From positions 6,305-70,304 of the forward strand of contig OMOE01000167.1 of NCBI GenBank assembly GCA_900290365.1: 64,000 nt of DNA, read 5' to 3'. The position numbers were made by a program, and so were the translations under genes. Positions 9,567 through 17,114 of the stretch are shown here, one piece after another (the first letter of the stretch is position 1; each line of letters begins with the position of its first letter). The DNA is from Syntrophobacter sp. SbD1. Lineage in GTDB: Bacteria; Desulfobacterota; Syntrophobacteria; Syntrophobacterales; Syntrophobacteraceae. The notes under the pieces are model-generated. The model was not told the DNA's origin. It saw only the letters and a program-made list of their open reading frames with translations, and searched no databases.

Positions 9567-10222
9567 TAGAAACGCATCCTGGGCAGTTCTACGGCAGTGA
9601 GCATGTTTCCGTAGGCCGCCCCCGTGTCGATGCCGATCTTGCCTGGCGCAACGAAAGGCGTCTCGAAAGGGGTGTGGCCAAAGACGGTTACCTCGCTTGA
9701 AGTGCTTTCGTCTTGTAAAAATATGTCCCGCACGCTCAGGAGACGATCCAGCGGGCAGTGCTCGAGGTCCTCTCCGGGTATAGTCCCCGCGTGGACAAAA
9801 AGATAGCCGCCCAGCCTGAAGTGTGGCTGGAGCCTTTCGAGAAAACGGATATGTTCGACCGGCATAAAGGATAAATCCCCCAGGGATCGAACCGGGGCGT
9901 TCGAGTAGCTGTTCAGGGTATCCTCCACACCGATGGATCGAAGCGTTCTCAGATAATCGAGATTGCCCGTGCGGGAATACTCCAGCAAAGCATGTTCGTG
10001 ATTTCCCATCAGGAAAACCGTGTTTCGAACCTTTCCCCCTGTCTTCAGAAGATAATCGATCACCTCACGCGATCCGGTTCCCCTGTTAATGTAGTCCCCG
10101 AGAAAAACCAGGTAATCCTTCTCCGGATCGATGGGCAACCGCTCGATCAGAGAGGTGAGCTTTCGATTGCAGCCGTGGATGTCGCCAACCGCGAATATCT
10201 TCTGTTCCGCAAAAAGGTTCAT
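9557..10222 (-). CDS. Calcineurin-like metallophosphoesterase (PrpA/ApaH-type Ser/Thr phosphatase or Ap4A hydrolase family)
   Basis: Motifs GDIHGC, GDYINRG, GNHE and VHAG in canonical order. The 3' end overlaps the stop of paralogue 3 by 10 nt (convergent). Confidence 0.85.
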   Translation of the reverse strand: MNLFAEQKIFAVGDIHGCNRKLTSLIERLPIDPEKDYLVFLGDYINRGTGSREVIDYLLKTGGKVRNTVFLMGNHEHALLEYSRTGNLDYLRTLRSIGVEDTLNSYSNAPVRSLGDLSFMPVEHIRFLERLQPHFRLGGYLFVHAGTIPGEDLEHCPLDRLLSVRDIFLQDESTSSEVTVFGHTPFETPFVAPGKIGIDTGAAYGNMLTAVELPRMRFYHS

Positions 10223-10230
10223 CGGGACCT

Positions 10231-10300
10231 TCGAGTTTTGAGTTTCGAGTTTTGAGTTTTTAGTTAGTCAACTCAAAACTGAAAACTGTTGAAAACTGTT
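10231..10300. repeat. Intergenic low-complexity block: 14-bp x2 (10231-10258) and 10-bp x2 (10281-10300) arranged as an imperfect palindrome
   Basis: tcgagttttgagtt x2, then aactcaaaactgaaaactgtt gaaaactgtt on the other arm. Lies directly upstream of the phosphatase start. Confidence 0.8.
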
Positions 10301-10475
10301 CATATGGTGTATTCGCCCCGGAAACATACAAGGTTCACTGAGGGGCGCATCGAAATATCAGTATATCCCAGACTACAAGCGTTCCCTACTCGTTTCTTTG
10401 TCCCTTCACCCCGCTTCGCTCGTACCCTTCGCGTTCTTCGTGACCAAGCTCTTCTTGCCCCGACCGACAAGACCA

Positions 10476-11051
10476 TCAGATTCTCATCGTCACATCGCGG
10501 CTCCATGTCTGACGGTACTGGGCAGCGGCCTGCTGCGCTACGGTGGCGTCTTCGATCTTCCCCCCGGCTGCAAGCTCACCTGCAAGGACAAATGGAATGA
10601 TATCGCTCAATTCCACGATAAAGGGAGTAAGATCGGTCATGTGCCGTTGGGCCATCGAGGCGATTTGGGTTTCATCGAGGGCCAGCGCCGTCGTTTGCAG
10701 CATCCCGTAGCTGATGACCGCCATATTGAGTAAAGTGTAATCGTCCCTGAGATTTTTTGAAACCGGCTCATTTGATCTAAGTTTTCCGTAGATGTTCGCA
10801 AAAGATCCCACAACCGATGTTGCCGCCTTCTTCAGCCTGGCTTCAAAATTCCCATCGAGTGTTGACAGATTTCGTTCAAGTTCGGCTACATGCGTTGTTA
10901 ACGCCGCATCGATTCTTTGAAGGGCTCCCAGGGCATTGTTAAACTTCCTTAGTCGTTCATCGTGGACCTGGCGCTCGATGCGTTGAAGGGCAAGTTGTTC
11001 GACGCCCAGCATATCGGCCAGATTTTCCCGAAGTACTTCCGATCCCGTCAT
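10476..11051 (-). CDS. Hypothetical all-helical protein, possibly ferritin-like (DUF892/YciE-type)
   Basis: GGAGG RBS 6 nt before the ATG. The helical pattern resembles YciE-like proteins, but the match is weak and by eye only. Confidence 0.45.
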   Translation of the reverse strand: MTGSEVLRENLADMLGVEQLALQRIERQVHDERLRKFNNALGALQRIDAALTTHVAELERNLSTLDGNFEARLKKAATSVVGSFANIYGKLRSNEPVSKNLRDDYTLLNMAVISYGMLQTTALALDETQIASMAQRHMTDLTPFIVELSDIIPFVLAGELAAGGKIEDATVAQQAAAQYRQTWSRDVTMRI

Positions 11052-11507
11052 TGCAGACCTCCAATGGTTATTCTTCTATTTTGGCTAATTCATTCGAATT
11101 ACAGACATTTGTTTTGTAATTTAAGCAGCTTTGCGCAAAAGGAAAGCAGAGGGGCAGATCACCGTATCCCACTCGAATGAGAATTTCTCGCGCGAAGGCG
11201 CGATTGACAACCCGGCCGCAACCCATCGATTCGTTCGAGGGGCCACGGTCGATCTTGAGCCGCGAAGAGGGAGCCCAAATCAATATCCTTGTGCCCCCCT
11301 TCATTGGGTTTGAGAAACTCAATTTTTCTGTCGCTAAATCAGAACAGCTTAGAGTCGCCTTTGAGGAAATCGCTCCGCCCTTATTGAAGCCCGCAGCCCC
11401 CCTTCGTTTACAATAGCCTACATATAATTACCTTAAATTAAACGGACTTGGCTGTCTCTGCCGTCAATGGGACAGTGTAAACGTTAACCTCCAGGGAGGG
11501 TACTTCG

Positions 11508-12017
11508 ATGTACAGCAAAGTTAAAATCATGGGACACCCAGTTCATCCCATGCTGGTGAATTTTCCGATCGCCTTTTACGTCTCGACCCTGATCGCGTTC
11601 ATTATATACAGCATTTTCGGCGACCCATTTTGGTTCTGGGTAGGTCTTGCGGCAAACTTCGCCGGAGTTGCGATGGCGTTTGTGGCGGCCACTTTCGGGT
11701 TTATCGACTGGACGTTCGGCATTCCGTACGGGTCGGCTGCTAAGGATACCGGCGCAAAACATATGTTGCTCAATATTGTTTCGCTCCTGTTGTTCATAAC
11801 CTGTTTGATCCTAAATGCCGGCCAGTGGAATGCTATTCTACCGGTTGCCAGGGGGATCGTTATCTTACCTCTGTTTGGGGTAATTTTGACAATCGGCGCG
11901 GGCTATTTCGGGTGGACGCTGGTGCAGAACCATCACGTCGGGGTTGAGTTCTCGCCCGACGAAGAACGCTGCATAAGTGAATCGCGATCCGCTGGATTTA
12001 CCAGAGACACGGTGTAG
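11508..12017 (+). CDS. DUF2231 domain membrane protein
   Basis: N-terminal GHPVHPMLVNFPIAFY signature, four predicted TM helices, GGGAGGG RBS. Confidence 0.75.
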   Translation: MYSKVKIMGHPVHPMLVNFPIAFYVSTLIAFIIYSIFGDPFWFWVGLAANFAGVAMAFVAATFGFIDWTFGIPYGSAAKDTGAKHMLLNIVSLLLFITCLILNAGQWNAILPVARGIVILPLFGVILTIGAGYFGWTLVQNHHVGVEFSPDEERCISESRSAGFTRDTV

Positions 12018-12147
12018 GCTTGAGTGCACAATGTAATCTATTTATTTTCAACGACAGAGGCATTAATTTTGTCTGACGTTCCCATAACGAGGGGGACCTG
12101 TGGCGAAAGCATTTTCGGCAGTGGCAATTCAGAAACTGTAAAACCAA

Positions 12148-13803
12148 ATGAGCCTCTCTCTAGATGCCAGACATTTGAAACGTTACAGGGAACTTGCCGG
12201 ATTTCTGATCAAGTACGGGCGCTCAGATATATTTTTTCGGGCCGGGCTTGAAAAAGTGCTCGATGAACAGCCTGCTGCCGAAAGGGTCAGCCCCGGGGCG
12301 GAAGAGCTTCCCAAAGACCTGGAGAAGATGGGTCCCACATACGTAAAACTGGGGCAGTTCCTTTCCACCCGCTCCGATCTGCTGGAGCCCCAATATATTG
12401 AAGCCCTCTCTCGCCTTCAGGACAGAGCCGAATATTTTTCTTATGAGAAGGTCGAGTCAATTATTACTTCCGAGCTGGGGCTGCCCGTAGCCAGGCTGTT
12501 TTCCTTTTTCGACAAGACGCCTCTTGCCGCCGCTTCCCTGTCGCAGGTCCACCGGGCTATCCTTCTTGACGGGCGCTCCGTGGCCGTAAAGGTCCAAAGG
12601 CCCGGCATCCGCGATCAGATAGCCCTGGACCTCGATGTGCTCCTCGAGTTGGCCGGATTTCTGGACAGACATATCGACGTGGCTAAGAGGTTTATGCTCC
12701 AGGAGACCATCGAGGAATTCCGAAAAGCGCTTGTCCAGGAACTCGATTTCAAGGAGGAAGCTCAGAACCTGGTGATACTCTCGGAGAACCTTGAAGAATA
12801 CGAGAAAATTGTGGTGCCGTTGCCCGTCCATGCCTATACTACCTCGAAAGTGCTCACCATGGAACATATCCGAGGGCAAAAGATTACAAGCATACATCCC
12901 CTTGGCAGGCCTGAAATCAACGGGCACGAACTTGCCGATGAGCTGTTCAGTGCGTACCTCAAGCAAATCCTTATCGATGGGTTCTACCACGCCGATCCGC
13001 ACCCCGGAAATGTGTTCCTGACTGACGATGGGCGTCTGGCATTGATAGATTTGGGTATGGCCGCCCGCATCTCCGACGGTATGCAAAAAAAGCTTCTCAG
13101 GTTCACCCTGGCTATAAGCGAGGGCAAAACCGATGAGGCCGTCCAGTATGCGATTGAAATCGGCGAAAAGACCCCTGCTTTTGACGAGCAGGCCTTTGGC
13201 AAACAGGTGCAGGAATTCATAACGCGCTGGCAGAGGATTAGAATCGGGCAAATGGAGATCGGCCGGGTCATCCTGGAGGTGCTCAAAGTGGCGGGAACCA
13301 GCGGTTTTCGTTTCCCGGCCGAACTGGCGATGCTCGGAAAGTGCATGCTAAATCTCGACAATATCGGCCGAACTCTGGACCCGGCATTCGATCCGAACGC
13401 GGCTATCCGCAGGCATGCCGGAAAACTCTTAAGGCAAAGGCTTTTAAAGAGGCTGTCGAGCGCCACCCTTTATAAAATGGCCATGGAGTCGGAAGAACTG
13501 GCTGAAAATTTCCCTCAAAAGCTCAGAAAGATAATCGACATCTTCGCCGACAACGATTTCAGGGTCGGCGTCAATGCTATTGATGAAAAATACCTCATGA
13601 GGATGTTCCAAAAGATCGCCAACCGCATTGCGATCGGGATTATAATAGCGGCCATCATTATCGGGGCAGCAATACTAATGCGTGTGGAAACCCCCCGGTT
13701 CACGCTTTTCGGGTATCCAGGGCTGGCAATAATTTCTTTTCTCATTGCCGCCATAGGGGGACTTATATTCGCAATCGTAATGTTGATAAAAGACGAAAGG
13801 TAG
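12148..13803 (+). CDS. ABC1/UbiB (AarF) family atypical kinase with C-terminal TM helices
   Basis: GPTYVKLGQFLSTRSDLLEPQYIEALSRLQD, AAASLSQVHRA, VAVKVQRPG, HADPHPGNV and IDLGM. Confidence 0.85.
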   Translation: MSLSLDARHLKRYRELAGFLIKYGRSDIFFRAGLEKVLDEQPAAERVSPGAEELPKDLEKMGPTYVKLGQFLSTRSDLLEPQYIEALSRLQDRAEYFSYEKVESIITSELGLPVARLFSFFDKTPLAAASLSQVHRAILLDGRSVAVKVQRPGIRDQIALDLDVLLELAGFLDRHIDVAKRFMLQETIEEFRKALVQELDFKEEAQNLVILSENLEEYEKIVVPLPVHAYTTSKVLTMEHIRGQKITSIHPLGRPEINGHELADELFSAYLKQILIDGFYHADPHPGNVFLTDDGRLALIDLGMAARISDGMQKKLLRFTLAISEGKTDEAVQYAIEIGEKTPAFDEQAFGKQVQEFITRWQRIRIGQMEIGRVILEVLKVAGTSGFRFPAELAMLGKCMLNLDNIGRTLDPAFDPNAAIRRHAGKLLRQRLLKRLSSATLYKMAMESEELAENFPQKLRKIIDIFADNDFRVGVNAIDEKYLMRMFQKIANRIAIGIIIAAIIIGAAILMRVETPRFTLFGYPGLAIISFLIAAIGGLIFAIVMLIKDER

Positions 13804-14053
13804 CACGAAAGAAAACATCATCGTTTACCAAACAGGTTTAGCTTGCGCAGTTTCCCCTTTTCATTTTTTTGCAGGTGTTTTAGTATCTTTCCGGGATAAA
13901 ATAGTTATGTTGTGTTTGTCAGTTCGAGTTGATTTGGGCTCAAGTGGGCTTGTCCAGCGGACTCTGCGCCCGAGCTAAGGCAGGTTCGCTTCTCATATCA
14001 AAATAGTAGTGCGGATATGGGAAGGTTGTCGTTACTGAAAGGAGATTTGTTTA

Positions 14054-14398
14054 ATGATTCACATGTCAGAGAAAGCCGAAACTGTTTTGCAGGATTATTT
14101 CAAGGAAAAGCAGATCACTCCGATCCGGATATTCCTCCAGACCGGTGGCTGAGCGGGTCCATCCCTTGCAATGGTTCTGGACGAACCAAAAGAAACTGAT
14201 GATGTTTATAAGCTGAACGGCTTTACCATGCTGGTCGATAAGGACCTTCATGAGAAGACCAAGGATATTACAGTCGATTATGTATCCTACGGGATGGGTT
14301 CCGGCTTCCGGGTGGCATCGGAAATCCCGATTGCAGGCGCCGGCGGAGGCGGGGGCCCCGTCGTGCAGTTGCTAGACAGGACCAAGGTCCGAGGGTAA
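14054..14398 (+). CDS. HesB/IscA-like protein with an in-frame UGA at 14150-14152 (candidate selenocysteine)
   Basis: GAAAGGAG RBS 8 nt before ATG 14054. Reads MIHMSEKAETVLQDYFKEKQITPIRIFLQTGG-TGA-AGPSLAMVLDEPKETDDVYKLNGFTMLVDKDL..., so the UGA sits where the family has the Cys of GGC.G. The downstream 75-aa ORF (14171-) is in the same frame and has no RBS of its own. Confidence 0.6.
14153..14185 (+). promoter_or_regulatory. Possible bacterial SECIS hairpin immediately 3' of the UGA
   Basis: GUCCA...UGGAC and CCAU...AUGG pairings are possible within gcgggtccatcccttgcaatggttctggacgaacc. Not folded computationally. Confidence 0.3.
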
Positions 14399-14410
14399 AG
14401 AACGAAGATC

Positions 14411-14446
14411 AAGGGTGGGCACTGTTTTCAGTGCCCACCCTTTTTT
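14411..14446. terminator. Bidirectional rho-independent terminator between the convergent HesB-like gene and sodC
   Basis: aagggtgggcactg-tttt-cagtgcccaccctt followed by ttttt; perfect 14-bp stem. Confidence 0.85.
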
Positions 14447-14470
14447 GACTTTACTCTTAACGTGTTCGAG

Positions 14471-15007
14471 TTACTTCACAATTCCGATGACGCCGCAAGC
14501 TGCTCGCGCGCCTGATCCGCCCGTCGGTTGGGTTTTGAAATCATCGGCCCCGGCATGAACGATTACCGAACGGCCTATTATCGATTCCGGCCCTGCGAGC
14601 CTTATGAGATTATCTGTTACTTCAAGTGTGGCCACGCCGTTTTTGTCTGCTTCGATGTTGCCCAGATCGCCGACGTGACGCATTTTGGAATTCGGACCTG
14701 CGTGGGGCATATCAGTGGGATTGAAGTGACCGCCTGCGGAATTTGCGTCGGGCGAAGTGCAGTTTCCAAACTCGTGAATGTGAAACCCGTGCGGACCAGG
14801 TGACAGGCCCTCAATGCTTGCCATGATTCGAACCCCGCCTGCGTCCTTTTTAAAGCTCACAACCCCATGTACTTTGCTGCCTTCCGTAGGGTTCATAACG
14901 GCGACCGCCTGTGTAACTTCAGATTCGGCAATCTTTCGGGAACATCCGGTAAGGGCCACCCCCAAAATGAGTCCTGAAAGCAGCACACCTTTGACAATTT
15001 CTTTCAT
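14471..15007 (-). CDS. sodC: Periplasmic Cu/Zn superoxide dismutase (lipoprotein signal)
   Basis: LTGCS lipobox, HGFHIHEFGNC, GGHFNP, HVGDLGN and GGSGARAACGVIG. Confidence 0.92.
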   Translation of the reverse strand: MKEIVKGVLLSGLILGVALTGCSRKIAESEVTQAVAVMNPTEGSKVHGVVSFKKDAGGVRIMASIEGLSPGPHGFHIHEFGNCTSPDANSAGGHFNPTDMPHAGPNSKMRHVGDLGNIEADKNGVATLEVTDNLIRLAGPESIIGRSVIVHAGADDFKTQPTGGSGARAACGVIGIVK

Positions 15008-15220
15008 CTTCCTCCTCCTGATTTAGCGAAAAATTTGATTATGAAATAATTTCTTCTGGATCAAATAAGATCAAATAGTTCAAATGGGAGGGAAAGTAAA
15101 ATTTTTGGATGAAAATTCCAATCAAAAAGTGGTAACTATGCCTCCAAACGGGATTAAGGACAAAGGTCCACAAAAAAATTGGTCACGAAGAACGCGAAGG
15201 GTACACGATCGACAACCCGT

Positions 15221-15344
15221 CCGCATTCCGCCGACCTGTTCGAGGGGCGAACCCTCACCTTGTTCGGGTTCCGCGTTAAACGCCGCATTCCGCCGACCTG
15301 TTCGAGGGGCGAACCCTCACCTTGTTCGGGTTCCGCGTTAAACG
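15221..15344. repeat. Perfect 62-bp intergenic tandem duplication (15221-15282 = 15283-15344), with a degenerate partial third unit near 15390-15420
   Basis: ccgcattccgccgacctgttcgaggggcgaaccctcaccttgttcgggttccgcgttaaacg occurs twice with no mismatch. Confidence 0.95.
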
Positions 15345-15605
15345 TTCGAACCTACGTTAGACGCTTATAGTTCGGCGTCTGATCTTAAGCCCTCACTTCG
15401 TTCGGACTTCGCGTTAGCCATTGCTGAGCGCGTTTAAATGCTTCAAGCTTGGCGTCCGATCTTCTGTGAGGACGCGTGAGGACGCATGGTCGATCTTGAG
15501 GCACACAAAGGGGAAATCTTTTGAAATTGATACGAATTATTTTTCAATTTCTTCATGCTCTTCGTGTATCCTCCGTGCTCTTCGTGTCCAAAAAAGGAAC
15601 TTGAG

Positions 15606-16094
15606 ATGGCCAATTCAAAAATCAAGGGAACAGCACTATTTTTCATCCTGGCAAGCGTCCTGGCCGCACTCGATCAGCTTTCGAAATACTACATCGTCTG
15701 CGCTATTCCCCTGAACACCGGGATCAATGTAATCCCCGGGTTTTTTAATCTGGTTCATGTTCATAATTCGGGGGGGGCTTTCAGTGTTTTTGCCGGTTCG
15801 GGATATCCCTGGAAGAGGTATCTCTTCATTGGCCTGACAGTGGTGGTGGTGGCCGCAATAGCCTACGCTTACGGCAAAACGGGTAAAAAGGATAACTGGA
15901 CCCGAATCGCATACGTATGCATTGCCGGCGGGGCAATGGGGAACCTGATCGATCGGATTAGATTAAGCGGCGAAGTTGTCGATTTTCTGGATATCTACGT
16001 TGGGAAATGGCACTGGCCGGCCTTCAATGTGGCCGACGCCGCCATTTCTACGGGCGCGGTAATGCTGCTGGTCTCGCTTATGAGAAAAAAGTAA
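15606..16094 (+). CDS. lspA: Lipoprotein signal peptidase (signal peptidase II)
   Basis: FFNLVHVHNSGGAFS, GNLIDR, VVDFLD and WPAFNVAD. ATG 15606 with an AAGGA RBS; the upstream part of the listed ORF runs through repeat DNA. Confidence 0.9.
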   Translation: MANSKIKGTALFFILASVLAALDQLSKYYIVCAIPLNTGINVIPGFFNLVHVHNSGGAFSVFAGSGYPWKRYLFIGLTVVVVAAIAYAYGKTGKKDNWTRIAYVCIAGGAMGNLIDRIRLSGEVVDFLDIYVGKWHWPAFNVADAAISTGAVMLLVSLMRKK

Positions 16095-16149
16095 GGGCCA
16101 TAAAAGATTTTGTCGGATTTAACAGAGCCTGCCCCGGACTCGATCCGGG

Positions 16150-16284
16150 GGATTTACAGGATTAAGAGCAAAAGAATGGAAAATCAGGGCAGGGCCTTTT
16201 TTGACAGGATTTACAGGACTAAGAGCAAAAGAATGTCGCGCGGGCCTTGCAAAACAGTTTGTTTTTAATCCTGTAAATCCTGTC
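16150..16284. repeat. Dispersed word-repeat family copies (GGATTTACAGGATTAAGAGCAAAAGAATG x2, then the inverted TAATCCTGTAAATCCTGTC)
   Basis: Same words as at 38139-38167, 39340-39367 and 46436-46464. Confidence 0.8.
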
Positions 16285-16288
16285 GAAG

Positions 16289-17002
16289 TTATTTATTTTC
16301 GGTCTTTTTGGCCAGCTTTACAGTGAACTCCCTCGGGGACCTCTTTCTTGAAAGCCTGTCATAGATTTCCTGCTGAATTACAAGACGATCGCTAAGGATC
16401 TGCGTGATGACTCCGCCGTGCTCTCCGGCCGGCGTTCCTATGCTGACTATATACCCCCTGCCGGTGGAATCCTCGATGACTGCCCTGCTGCCGAGCTGAC
16501 CCCAGGTAATCGCCTTGAGTCCTCTTTCGATTTCACTCATGGTCATTTTTTGCAAAGGCGTCAATGCAAATCCGGCCGAATCATCCCCCTCTTCAGGCGA
16601 GTGCCCCTGGGCTGTTGTTTCTAAATTTACGAAAGGGACAAATGGATCGAGCGCCTTTACCGACACAAAGGTAAAATCGGGGGTCATCAGGGCTGAGGCT
16701 GTTTTATGTACCAGAAGTGCGTATTCCGGCGAACAATTCATTGAAGCGGCCCCGGGCTGGGGTGCAGACACATCGGGCGCCTGCGGCACAGTCGTTTGAT
16801 CCGTAGCCTGCTGTGCCGGTTGGGCCTGCTGTGCGCCTCCCTCAGAAACAGCAGATGGATTGGAAGCGGCCTGGTCAGTGCTCTGCCGGGCCTGCTCCTG
16901 GGCTGCTGAAATGGAAAAATTCAAAGCCGCCGCTGCAAGCAGCAGGACAATGATAAGATAAAAATGGCGTTCGATTGCTTTTCTCCCAAGAGGCGCTTTC
17001 AT
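16289..17002 (-). CDS. Secreted/anchored protein with a Q/A-rich linker and a PilP-like C-terminal domain
   Basis: N-terminal TM/signal. The C-terminal block MSEIERGLKAITWGQLGSRAVIEDSTGRGYIVSIGTPAGEHGGVITQILSDRLVIQQE resembles the PilP/GspC HR beta-domain pattern. Alternative start at 17053. Confidence 0.5.
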   Translation of the reverse strand: MKAPLGRKAIERHFYLIIVLLLAAAALNFSISAAQEQARQSTDQAASNPSAVSEGGAQQAQPAQQATDQTTVPQAPDVSAPQPGAASMNCSPEYALLVHKTASALMTPDFTFVSVKALDPFVPFVNLETTAQGHSPEEGDDSAGFALTPLQKMTMSEIERGLKAITWGQLGSRAVIEDSTGRGYIVSIGTPAGEHGGVITQILSDRLVIQQEIYDRLSRKRSPREFTVKLAKKTENK

Positions 17003-17114
17003 GGCTCCCCCAAGTATCTGTAGATAAAATCCTGTCAATGCCCTGACAAACATCTAATATCAATACACTATTTTTTGGCCAGATCAAACAATTTCCAAGA
17101 AGATTTCGACTTTT

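Noticed and set aside
11052-11507. Small ORFs in the 450-bp spacer (11068-11322, 11131-11313, 11177-11416).
   Set aside because: They are mutually overlapping in different frames, have no RBS or motifs, and the region contains spacer words (ggccacggtcgatcttgag) shared with 40491 and 15490.
15084-15370. ORFs 15084-15341 and 15179-15370 with the repeated peptide IPPTCSRGEPSPCSGSALN.
   Set aside because: The peptide repeat merely reflects the 62-bp DNA duplication read in two frames. There is no RBS, the sequence is low-complexity, and it sits within a spacer full of word repeats.
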